Of a stretch of 36,568 bases of DNA, positions 15,168-23,283 are shown one piece after another. Origin of the DNA: a virus. Lineage: Duplodnaviria; Caudoviricetes. Made by a program: the position numbers and the translations under genes. Below the pieces are notes generated by a model. The model was not told where the DNA came from and ran no database searches. It was given only the letters and a program-made list of their open reading frames with translations. The stretch lies in IMG/VR virus record IMGVR_UViG_3300037761_000265, positions 1-36,568 of that record. The stretch is one strand, 5' to 3'. Positions within the stretch are counted from its first letter, which is position 1, and every line of letters begins with the position of its first letter.

Positions 15168-17356
15168 CAGCGACCCCCCAGCACGGCTACCACGTCACCA
15201 CCGCGCACCCTGACACCCTTACGCAGCACCTGAATCAGAGCGTCGGACATCTGGTCACCGGCGGCGCGGAAGTCGAACTCGACCACAACCCGGGTCTCAC
15301 CACCCTGGCCGAGCATCGCCTGGGTAGCACCCGCGGTGTGGACCATGCTGCCGGGGGCCAGGTCGACCAGTTCAGGGCCCTGCTCGCCGACCAGCACCCG
15401 CCCGGCCCGCGGCCCACCGGCCTGCGCACCGGTGATCCCACCGTGCGCGAAAGCCTGCGGCGCGTTCACGCCGTAGGTGTAGGTGATGTTCTCGTTGATC
15501 GTCCGCAACGTCCGCTGATAGGTTTCGTAGATCCGGATCCGGGTGCCGTCGAGCCGTTCCGCTTCCCGCTTCGTGTCCTTCAGGTCCTTCTCCAGCCGGC
15601 GGATCGCCGCGTCGGACAGGCCCGCGTCACGCAGCATCTGCTTCTGAGCATCCGACAGGTCGCCGGTGAACTCGTCACCCAGCTTGCCGGCCGCGTCGAG
15701 CACGGCCAGCGCGGCCCGGGCCTCATCGCGCAGCGCGGCCCGGTACTCCGGCGACTTCTTCCCATGATCGTCCGCGGCGTCGGTGACCGCGGCCTGCGCG
15801 TCGGCCAGGTCCCGTTGGGCGTCGACGAGTGCGAACGCCGGATCAGTCTGGGCGCGCAACGTGTCCGACAGTTCCTTCAACGAGTCGGCCTGCCGGTCGG
15901 CCGCTTCGGCCGCCGCCCCGTGTGCCCCTTCCAGGTCGCCGGTGCGTTCGGTGGCCCGCTGCGCCGCCTCGCTGTACTTGGGCAGCACCGCCCGCAGCTG
16001 CTCAACCTGGTCTTCGTTCAGGCCGTAGGTGTCGGTCAGCCGTTGCATGATCTCGTCGGCGTCGGCACCCTGGTCAACCAGAGTGGCCATCGCCGTATCG
16101 AGGTCTTTGAACGCGGATTTGGCTTGGGAGATCTCGTCGAAGCTCCGGTTCAGCGAATCCGACCAGTTGAAGAAGCCTGCGGTTGCGACGTCCAGTTTGT
16201 CGGCGAACTCGGCAACCCCTTGCGCGCCTTCACCGAAGTGGCGGCGTAGGGAGGCGGTCTGCGCCCCGGTGCGCACGAACCGGTCGACGTCCTCGGTCAA
16301 CCCGGCCATGTCCTCGGAGGTGTGGCGGGCCGACGTGCCCCATGCCAGGATGCCGACGCCGGCGGCGGCGATCCCGGCGGCCAGTGAAACGAGCGCCAGC
16401 CGGGCCGCGTTCGCCCGGGTGGCCATGCCGCTCAGGCTGATCCCGGAGGCGTTCATCGCGATCAGCATCGGGGCCAGCCGGGAGGTGACCGTGAGCGTGG
16501 CCGCGCCCAGCAGCACCAGGGCGCCGACCACCACCTGCACCGGCTGCGGCGCGTCGGAGAACGCCTGCACCGCCGGGATCAGCACCGCGTTGAGCGCGGC
16601 GAGGGCCGGCACCATCAGGTTGCCGATGATCGCCTGCGCGTTCTCCGTCTCGGCGGCCAGGATGCGCTGGGAGTTGGCCAGGGAGTCGGAGGTGGCGGCG
16701 AAGTCGCCGGCCATCTGCTCGGTCTGCGCCATGATCAGCCCGTAGCGGGCCTGGATCTTCTGCGTCTCGCTCAGCTCAGCCCCGGCCGCCGCGATGCCGT
16801 TGGCGTAGGCGAAGGTCGCCACCGCGGCCGCGGACACGTCGATGCCGTAGCGGCGCAGCGGCTCGGACTCGCCGGCCAGGCCGGACTGGAAGGTTTGCAT
16901 GGCCTCGTTCACGTCGAGGTTCATGACGGAGGCGAAGTCGGAGGACCGCTGGGTGATCTCGCGGATGGTCTTGGTCACGTCGCCGCCGGGGCCGGCGACC
17001 GCCTGGCCGAATGCGGAGAACCGCACGGCCGCGGCGTTGAACGCGTTCGCCGAGAGTCCCATCGAGCTGTCGGCGCTGCGGCCGATCTCGATGATTCCGG
17101 CTGCCGAGCTTTTGAAGGTGACGTTCACCGCGTTGAGCGACTCGCCCAGATTGGAGGAGGCGTCCCGGGCGGAGGACAGGAACCGGGTCGCACCCTCGCC
17201 GATCTTCTGGAACATCTGCGCGGCGATGATCCCCTGCGCGATTTCCCCGACCCGTTTGACCGAGTCGCCCAGGCCGGTGGCCTGCCGTTTCGCAGCGTCC
17301 AACCCGGGGCCGGCCTGGTTACGGCTGGTGGCGACGATCTCCACAACGTTCGCCAT
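15167..17356 (-). CDS. Tape measure protein
   Basis: Ala-rich helical 729 aa with SGLAGESEPLRRYG, central hydrophobic helices and C-terminal FAHGG...VGEQGPEL. Confidence 0.92.
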   Translation of the reverse strand: MANVVEIVATSRNQAGPGLDAAKRQATGLGDSVKRVGEIAQGIIAAQMFQKIGEGATRFLSSARDASSNLGESLNAVNVTFKSSAAGIIEIGRSADSSMGLSANAFNAAAVRFSAFGQAVAGPGGDVTKTIREITQRSSDFASVMNLDVNEAMQTFQSGLAGESEPLRRYGIDVSAAAVATFAYANGIAAAGAELSETQKIQARYGLIMAQTEQMAGDFAATSDSLANSQRILAAETENAQAIIGNLMVPALAALNAVLIPAVQAFSDAPQPVQVVVGALVLLGAATLTVTSRLAPMLIAMNASGISLSGMATRANAARLALVSLAAGIAAAGVGILAWGTSARHTSEDMAGLTEDVDRFVRTGAQTASLRRHFGEGAQGVAEFADKLDVATAGFFNWSDSLNRSFDEISQAKSAFKDLDTAMATLVDQGADADEIMQRLTDTYGLNEDQVEQLRAVLPKYSEAAQRATERTGDLEGAHGAAAEAADRQADSLKELSDTLRAQTDPAFALVDAQRDLADAQAAVTDAADDHGKKSPEYRAALRDEARAALAVLDAAGKLGDEFTGDLSDAQKQMLRDAGLSDAAIRRLEKDLKDTKREAERLDGTRIRIYETYQRTLRTINENITYTYGVNAPQAFAHGGITGAQAGGPRAGRVLVGEQGPELVDLAPGSMVHTAGATQAMLGQGGETRVVVEFDFRAAGDQMSDALIQVLRKGVRVRGGDVVAVLGGR

Positions 17357-17358
17357 GC

Positions 17359-17392
17359 TTGCCGTACCCTCCTCCCGGGGTTACCCTCCGTT
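17359..17392 (+). promoter_or_regulatory. SigA-like promoter for antisense membrane gene
   Basis: TTGCCG (17359)-17 bp-TACCCT (17382)-5 nt-ATG 17393. Confidence 0.6.
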
Positions 17393-17641
17393 ATGGCCTT
17401 GTCCACTGCTCCCGACCCTGAGGCGATCTGGTCGGGGTTCCGCCGCGCCAGCATCGCGGCGATCATCCTCGCCCTGTCCGTGGTCCTCCTCTACGCGCTC
17501 GGCGCCGAGCTGTTCGGCAACGTGGTGCTCGCCGGCGCCACCCTGGGATGGCTGAGCTACGTGGCCGCCGCGACGGTGCCTGCTGTGGTCCGGCTAGTCC
17601 GGCACCGTCATCGGCAGGCCCGCCAGGCTCGCCTCGACTAG
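17393..17641 (+). CDS. Two-TM membrane protein, antisense to tail operon
   Basis: IAAIILALSVVLLYALG and VVLAGATLGWLSYVAAATVPAVV helices; strongly G/C-ending codons; own promoter. Confidence 0.72.
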   Translation: MALSTAPDPEAIWSGFRRASIAAIILALSVVLLYALGAELFGNVVLAGATLGWLSYVAAATVPAVVRLVRHRHRQARQARLD

Positions 17642-18034
17642 TTCCTCCCCGTGCTGCGCGTCGGCCTGGGCGCGTAGCGCCGCCCCGCCCAACGCGTCCA
17701 GCCAGGCCATGACCAGCGCCATCGTGAACGGCAGCGGCAGTCCGCGCAGCGATTCGACCGTGGCCGGGACCGGCTTGCCCCGCCGGGTCAGGTTCCACCC
17801 GGCCAGCGTGGCCGCGAATCCTTCGCGTAGCCGCCGGTGGGACACCATCACCTCCCGGCTGGGCAGCTGCCCCGGCTGGACCGGGTGCTCCTGGACGGTC
17901 AGCGCCAGCTCGGCGATGTCCTCGTAGCGTTCCGAGTCCAGCTCGTAGGTGTCCACCTCGAGCCCGGCCATCGACGGGTGGGTGAACACCAGCCGGTAGG
18001 TGCGGTCGGGCAGTTCCCAGCTCATCGCCGTCAC
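17594..18034 (-). CDS. Tail assembly chaperone
   Basis: Position between tail tube and tape measure; LAGWNLT..GKPVPAT motif. Confidence 0.75.
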   Translation of the reverse strand: MTAMSWELPDRTYRLVFTHPSMAGLEVDTYELDSERYEDIAELALTVQEHPVQPGQLPSREVMVSHRRLREGFAATLAGWNLTRRGKPVPATVESLRGLPLPFTMALVMAWLDALGGAALRAQADAQHGEELVEASLAGLPMTVPD

Positions 18035-18429
18035 GTCCAGGTCGGCACGGTGCCGTCGGCGAGCACGCCGGGTGCCGCCCAGGTCAGCGCACCGTTCTGG
18101 GCGCGGGTCAGCGCGTAGTCGGTGAACAGGCAGTCGTTGTCCAGAGACTGCCCGGAGATCGTCAGGTCGGTGTCCCGCACCAGCGACCCCGACGGTACCG
18201 TTTTGAACACCAGGTGCGACAGGAGGTCGTTGAACACCCCGTTCAGGGTGACCGAGAAGTCGGCCAGGAGCAGCTGCCGCTCCATCGCCGACTTGTCCAC
18301 GCCGGTGACGTCCTGCACCGCGCGGGGGGTTGCGAAGCTGTGGTTGGTGACATCGTTGGAGATGTCGGTGAGCGCGTCCGCCTCCGTGTCAACCTCCACA
18401 GTGAACGGAAAACCTGCTTCCTTCGCCAT
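18031..18429 (-). CDS. Major tail (tube) protein
   Basis: Acidic beta-rich 132 aa upstream of chaperone; TPRAVQDVTGVDKSAMER. Confidence 0.75.
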   Translation of the reverse strand: MAKEAGFPFTVEVDTEADALTDISNDVTNHSFATPRAVQDVTGVDKSAMERQLLLADFSVTLNGVFNDLLSHLVFKTVPSGSLVRDTDLTISGQSLDNDCLFTDYALTRAQNGALTWAAPGVLADGTVPTWT

Positions 18430-18433
18430 CGTT

Positions 18434-18928
18434 CTATCCCTTCTTCTGCCGGTCGGCTAACCGGTCCTGGTGCTCGCCGAAGTCGTCCACGAACGAGCGG
18501 TGGTCGCGGAACCGGACGGGTCGGATGCCCAGCGGGTTTCCACGCCAGTCACCACCAGTGACTGCAAACATCGGTTCGCGGCCCACCGGGATGCGGTGCT
18601 GTGTGAAGCATTTCTGGCCGGGTGGGAATGTGAACGTCACCAGATCACCGGCCTGTGCGGCGGTGAAGCTGCGCCCGCAATGGAGCCGGATGAAGTTCGC
18701 CTGCGCTGTGCCGGACGGCAGCCCGCCGCGGGCCCGGCGGGACACGTCGATGACGGTCTGCCAGCCGCGCAGGTAGGCCCCGCAGTCGACCTCACGACAG
18801 GTGGCCTCACGCCAGTGGGATCCGGGCTCGAAGCTGCCGTTGGGCGCCAGCAGCAGTGGCCGGCTCACATGGTAGGTCTTCATCGCCTGCGGTGGCAGTT
18901 GCGGCGTCACCCGGCTCAGGGGTCTCAT
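18434..18928 (-). CDS. Hypothetical tail-module protein with Cys/His residues
   Basis: ATCREVDC, FTFPPGQKCF..H motifs; tightly packed between tube paralogs. Confidence 0.7.
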   Translation of the reverse strand: MRPLSRVTPQLPPQAMKTYHVSRPLLLAPNGSFEPGSHWREATCREVDCGAYLRGWQTVIDVSRRARGGLPSGTAQANFIRLHCGRSFTAAQAGDLVTFTFPPGQKCFTQHRIPVGREPMFAVTGGDWRGNPLGIRPVRFRDHRSFVDDFGEHQDRLADRQKKG

Positions 18929-19675
18929 CTAGAACACCACCGCCGACAGGTTCTTGGCCACGGCGACGGCGAAGTCGAGGTTGGTGAACGTGCCGGTGAC
19001 GTTGACCCGCAGCCACCTTTTCACGCTCTCATCCCGGTCGGTCTGCAGCCGCTGCGCGGTGCCACCCGCGGATGCGGCGGTGAACACGGCGCCGGTGACG
19101 TCCGCCCACGGGTCGGTGCCACCGTCGTCGGAGTCCTGGATGGCCACCGTCGCGGAACCCGAGTCGATGTCGAAGACGTGCAGCCAGGCCTGCAGGCCGA
19201 AGTCGGTGGTGCCGATGCCGGCGCCGTAGTCCAGGCCGGTGATGGCCCCCGCCGATGCCAGGGTGTCATCGCCTGCGGTGAGCAGCTCGCCCCATTCCAG
19301 CCCGTAGCCGTTGGCGAGCGCCTGCACGGCGAAGCCGAGGGAGCCGTCCTGGTTCCGGGTGCCGTCGTAGTTGATCTGCTTGGCGACCATGCTGGCGGTC
19401 GGGGCGCCGATCGTGGCCCGGTGGGCGTACGTGAGCGGCTGGTCGGCGGTGGGCAGGGCGGACAGGGTCGGGTGGGCCGTGGCCGGGTTGAAGAAGGTGC
19501 TGTAGGCGACCAACCCGTCCCGGGTCAGGTAGATCCGTTCCATGGCCGACTTGTCGATACCGGTGGCGTCCTGCACCGTGCGGGGGGTGGAGATGGTTTG
19601 CAGGGAGCCGACGTCGCCGGACAGGTCGACACCGGTCACGTAGAAGCGTGCTCCCAGGCCTGAGCTTTTTGCCAT
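18929..19675 (-). CDS. Tail-tube-like protein with C-terminal extra domain
   Basis: N-terminus shares TPRTVQDATGIDKSAMER with 18031-18429. Confidence 0.72.
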   Translation of the reverse strand: MAKSSGLGARFYVTGVDLSGDVGSLQTISTPRTVQDATGIDKSAMERIYLTRDGLVAYSTFFNPATAHPTLSALPTADQPLTYAHRATIGAPTASMVAKQINYDGTRNQDGSLGFAVQALANGYGLEWGELLTAGDDTLASAGAITGLDYGAGIGTTDFGLQAWLHVFDIDSGSATVAIQDSDDGGTDPWADVTGAVFTAASAGGTAQRLQTDRDESVKRWLRVNVTGTFTNLDFAVAVAKNLSAVVF

Positions 19676-19676
19676 G

Positions 19677-20168
19677 TCAGCTCCCGAATGTCCAAATGTC
19701 GTTGACGATCACCGGCAGGGTGATCGTCATCACCCTGCACATCTGCCCGGAGACCTCCACGTACCCGGCGCGGCTGTCCAGCCGTACCCCGGCCTGCCCG
19801 AAGATGTCCACGTTGCGCACCATCGGGTTGAGCCCGAAGTCGTAGTTGTCGTGCCAGCGGCGGAACAGCGCGCTGACCGCCTTGGTCACCTTCGGGTCGA
19901 TCTCGTCCCGGACGGCAGCGGTCAGCGGGGTGTAGATCCGCACGTTGAAGATCACCAGCCCGGACGCCTTGTCCAGCCCCGATTCGGTGCCGACCGGGTT
20001 CGGCCCGGCCTGGATCCACACTGCGGCGCTCAGCCCGTGCCCGGGCGCCGACATGGGTTCGGCGGCGTTGACCCGGTCGAACCAGCCGCAGGCTTTCGCG
20101 TCGGAGACCACCGCGTTGAACAGCGCGTCGACCCACGCCTCGGACACCTCCGGCAGCGGGGTGGTCAT
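19677..20168 (-). CDS. Putative tail terminator
   Basis: Size and position after neck gene, before tail tube genes. Confidence 0.6.
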   Translation of the reverse strand: MTTPLPEVSEAWVDALFNAVVSDAKACGWFDRVNAAEPMSAPGHGLSAAVWIQAGPNPVGTESGLDKASGLVIFNVRIYTPLTAAVRDEIDPKVTKAVSALFRRWHDNYDFGLNPMVRNVDIFGQAGVRLDSRAGYVEVSGQMCRVMTITLPVIVNDIWTFGS

Positions 20169-20548
20169 CGGTTCATCCGATCCAGGTGACGCGGCAGCAC
20201 CCGCTGCGCGATCGTCATAGCATGCTCACGCAGTTCCTGCGCGACGAGCCGGAACGTGCGGTACCCCTTGAACCGGGTGGCATGGTTACGGCTGGACGTC
20301 CCCTCGAGCCACGGCCCGTACACCACCCGGGAGTCGGTGACCTGCGCATCCTCACGCTGCCGGTCGGTCACGATCCGCGAGGCGTAGAAGCCGGTGGGGT
20401 TGCGCAGCACCTGCCCGAGCCGCTGCCGCACCCGGTTGGCACCCTCCCGGGCGAGCTCGTCCTCCGCCTCGCCCAGGAAGTCTTCAACGGCGGCAGCAGC
20501 CCGGCCGTCGAAGATCGGCCCAGAAACCCGCGTGGTCACCTCGATCAC
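20165..20548 (-). CDS. Neck / tail completion protein (HK97 gp10-like)
   Basis: PTG, VYGPWLEGTS motif; position. Confidence 0.65.
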   Translation of the reverse strand: MIEVTTRVSGPIFDGRAAAAVEDFLGEAEDELAREGANRVRQRLGQVLRNPTGFYASRIVTDRQREDAQVTDSRVVYGPWLEGTSSRNHATRFKGYRTFRLVAQELREHAMTIAQRVLPRHLDRMNR

Positions 20549-20549
20549 C

Positions 20550-21593
20550 TCACACCGCCCCGATCCTCGCCTTGCGTGCGTAGGCCCGCCACGCCTGCGA
20601 ACGGGCCGAACGCAGACCCCGCCCGGCCGCCTCCTGTTCGTTCTCCGCGCTGCCTACGGTCCGCGCGTACCCGGACCGCTCCTGCAGCAACGTGTTGATG
20701 CCCAGGGCCAGGTTGTACGTGCCCACGGGCCCGGGTGGCAGGTGCCGGGCCAGTATCGCCCCGTTGTCGTGGGCGGCCGCGGTGGTGCCTACCGCGGCCC
20801 GGGCCACGGTCAGCCGCCGCGACACGTACACGTCGGCGCCGGTGGTGTGTGCGGCCAGCGTGCTGCCGTCCCACGCCCGGCGCACCGTCAGCGTGTTCCC
20901 GGCGATGTCGGTCAGCAGCATCCGCTCCGAGTCGATCAGGAGGACCTCGCCGGCGTGGTAGCCGGTGCCGTCGGAGACCGGTACTGCCACGCTCGCCGCC
21001 GACGCGTCGAGGTTGCCGCCCAGGTTCTGTCCGGAGTCGAGCATCGCCCGGCCGGTGACCACCATCGCCTCGGAGTCGGCCCGTAGCAGGTGTCCCACAC
21101 CCATCTTCGACCCGTCGGACACGTCCACGTCGGTTTCCGTGGTGTCCAACGCTTCGGCCAGGGCGCCGGCCGGGGTTTCGTCGTTGGAGTGCCCGTACAC
21201 GCCGGCGATGGAGATCGCCCGCTGGTGGGTGGCACTGGCGGCGAAGCTGGCCACGCTGGACAGGTCGATCTCCACGTGGGTGAACGGCGGCCCGTGATCG
21301 GGGCGCAGCAGGTAGTCGGCGGCCGCGATGGTGGTCCCGCCGGCGACCAGCGCCGTTACGGAGATCAGTTCGTGCTGGTTGAGCCACAGCCGCCACGGCC
21401 GGGTGTAACGCTGCGGCCAGTCGAAGGTGCGGGTCGCGGTCAGCGGGTAGAAGATCCGGTGGAACTCGCCGTCGATGGACCTGGCGCCGCTGGCGAGCGC
21501 CCGGTCGATCTGGGCGTCGGATCGGGCGGTTTCCATCACGTCGAGGGCCGCCTTGAGGTCCTCCCGCGACGCGTACCACGGCAGTGCCGACAT
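20550..21593 (-). CDS. Head-to-tail adaptor with inserted beta domains
   Basis: YASREDLKAAL...ARSIDGEFHRIFYP...TRTFD; duplicated DSE.M.V/L motifs. Confidence 0.72.
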   Translation of the reverse strand: MSALPWYASREDLKAALDVMETARSDAQIDRALASGARSIDGEFHRIFYPLTATRTFDWPQRYTRPWRLWLNQHELISVTALVAGGTTIAAADYLLRPDHGPPFTHVEIDLSSVASFAASATHQRAISIAGVYGHSNDETPAGALAEALDTTETDVDVSDGSKMGVGHLLRADSEAMVVTGRAMLDSGQNLGGNLDASAASVAVPVSDGTGYHAGEVLLIDSERMLLTDIAGNTLTVRRAWDGSTLAAHTTGADVYVSRRLTVARAAVGTTAAAHDNGAILARHLPPGPVGTYNLALGINTLLQERSGYARTVGSAENEQEAAGRGLRSARSQAWRAYARKARIGAV

Positions 21594-21660
21594 GTTTCGG
21601 TTTCCCCTTGCTCTCTGCTTTCTGGAGCCAGCCGCCCTGAGACGGCGGGAAGTGTGATGT

Positions 21661-21837
21661 TCAGTTGTGGTGGTCCCGCGGGTACTGCCAGCCGTCGAAC
21701 GGGCACCACAGCACCCCGCCGGGGCCGGTGCGCAGCGGCTCACCGTCACGCGGGCAGGCGGTCGGCAACGCGACACGTTGCGCGTGCACCAGCTGGGCCG
21801 CCTCCCGGCGGATGTCGATCAGCTGCTGCCACGACAT
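21661..21837 (-). CDS. 58-aa protein with zinc-ribbon-like CPxDG motifs (below ORF-track cutoff)
   Basis: MSWQQLIDIRREAAQ...ACPRDGEPL...WCPFDGWQYP; AGGAG RBS. Confidence 0.7.
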   Translation of the reverse strand: MSWQQLIDIRREAAQLVHAQRVALPTACPRDGEPLRTGPGGVLWCPFDGWQYPRDHHN

Positions 21838-21840
21838 CGG

Positions 21841-22290
21841 CTACTCCTGTCGGGCCTCTGCGGGTGGCTGCGGGTGGTGTGCGGCCTTGTACCGGTCGAC
21901 CAGCTCGGCCGCAACTTTGCCGCGCGGGGACACGTCGATGCCCTGCCCTACAGCCCACGCCCGCACCTGCGCCTGGGTCGGCTCGGCCGGTGGAAGATTC
22001 AGCTCGGCCCCAGTGGCCAGCTCCGCCCGCCGGGCCTCGACCGCCGCCGCGTATCGGTCCCGTTGCTCAGCCGGACCCCGCCACACGATCTCTAGCTGAT
22101 CCGCGGTGGCCGCCTCCCGAATCAGCCGCTCCACGGCGGCCACACCCTGGGCGGTGTGCTCCCCGAACGTTTCCACGCTCGCCCCGCCGTACGGGCCGAG
22201 TTTCCCCCGCTCCCGCAGCACATCCGCCAGGGTGCGGGGCGACGCGAACTGCCGCACCGACGCCCCGACCCGCTTGCTGATCTTCCCCAT
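21841..22290 (-). CDS. Protein with C-terminal Lsr2-type DNA-binding domain
   Basis: QVRAWAVGQGIDVSPRGKVAAELVDRY matches Lsr2 C-terminal pattern. Confidence 0.8.
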   Translation of the reverse strand: MGKISKRVGASVRQFASPRTLADVLRERGKLGPYGGASVETFGEHTAQGVAAVERLIREAATADQLEIVWRGPAEQRDRYAAAVEARRAELATGAELNLPPAEPTQAQVRAWAVGQGIDVSPRGKVAAELVDRYKAAHHPQPPAEARQE

Positions 22291-22291
22291 G

Positions 22292-22759
22292 TCAGGCCGC
22301 CACCACACTCGCACCGTCGTCGAGCGGAACGTAGATACACGTCCACTTCACGACCCCGGTGTTCGCAGCAGTGCCCACCTGCCCGATCACACCAGATGTG
22401 AGCACCATGGCCACACCCGGAAGCCGCGTGTAGGCGGTTCCCGGTGCGGCGGTGCCCGTGGACACCAGCAGCTCGGTGATGACACCCGAGTAGCCGTACA
22501 CGGTGCCGGCCGCATCGGAGGTGACCACCGTCGCCGCGCAAATGTCAGCCGCGGAGCCGATGGTCGGGTCGTGGTTCAGGTTGATCGACGTGACGGTGCC
22601 GGACATGACGGTGGTCACCTCGCCGACGATGCCGACGATCAGCACCTTCCCCGCCACTGTGAACAGCGGGGTGGTGGAGTTCGCCGGGCTCACCGACTTC
22701 TCCACCTTGATGCCCAGCGCGATGGCCCGCACCTGGTCACCCTGGATGATCACGCTCAT
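22292..22759 (-). CDS. Putative capsid decoration/structural protein
   Basis: Thr/Val/Gly-rich beta protein downstream of capsid gene. Confidence 0.6.
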   Translation of the reverse strand: MSVIIQGDQVRAIALGIKVEKSVSPANSTTPLFTVAGKVLIVGIVGEVTTVMSGTVTSINLNHDPTIGSAADICAATVVTSDAAGTVYGYSGVITELLVSTGTAAPGTAYTRLPGVAMVLTSGVIGQVGTAANTGVVKWTCIYVPLDDGASVVAA

Positions 22760-22760
22760 G

Positions 22761-23198
22761 TCACGCCACCAGACTGGCCAGGTTGGCCGGGTTACGCTGC
22801 ACGGTCAGGTCGTGCACGATCGCCACCACCGTGGCCCCGGTGCCAGCCGCCTGGTCCCGTGTGCACTTCACGTACTTGTGACCGTCGGGCAGCATCGCCG
22901 CCGACACGTAGATGGCCACACAGTCCTCGGCTGTGGTGTCACCCGGCTCGACCGTCTCCGCCGCGGTCTGCTCGACCAGCGTCCACGTTCCGGCCACCCC
23001 GGAACCCTGGTAGTAGTGGTCGATGAGGTCGTCGGTCAGTTCGGTGCCACCTGAGGCGGCAGTCGATGTGCCGATGGTGAAGGTGGTGTTGCCGCCGTCC
23101 TCGTAGCCGATGAACGTCACCCCGGAGGCGTTCTCCAGGTTGATGTACACCGCCTGAGCTTCGACGATCACGTTGAACAGTCGGCCAAGGCCTTCCAT
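22761..23198 (-). CDS. Putative capsid decoration/structural protein
   Basis: Acidic beta-rich 145 aa directly after capsid gene; AGGAGGG RBS. Confidence 0.65.
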   Translation of the reverse strand: MEGLGRLFNVIVEAQAVYINLENASGVTFIGYEDGGNTTFTIGTSTAASGGTELTDDLIDHYYQGSGVAGTWTLVEQTAAETVEPGDTTAEDCVAIYVSAAMLPDGHKYVKCTRDQAAGTGATVVAIVHDLTVQRNPANLASLVA

Positions 23199-23283
23199 CC
23201 TGGTTCCCTCCTACTGAGGGGGGCGTTACTGCCCCCGTTCGCCGGCCGGCAGGGGTGTTAATGCCTGCCGGCCGTTGGGTTTA
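23199..23283 (-). promoter_or_regulatory. Tandem stem-loops with similar loops and an alternative SD-sequestering hairpin
   Basis: 11-bp stem 23243-23274, 6-bp stem 23219-23236, competing 5-bp stem 23206-23220. Confidence 0.55.

Noticed and set aside
17463-17798. Frameshifted tail chaperone extension
   Set aside because: Arg/Pro-rich shadow-like sequence, ends well short of the tape measure start, no slippery site seen
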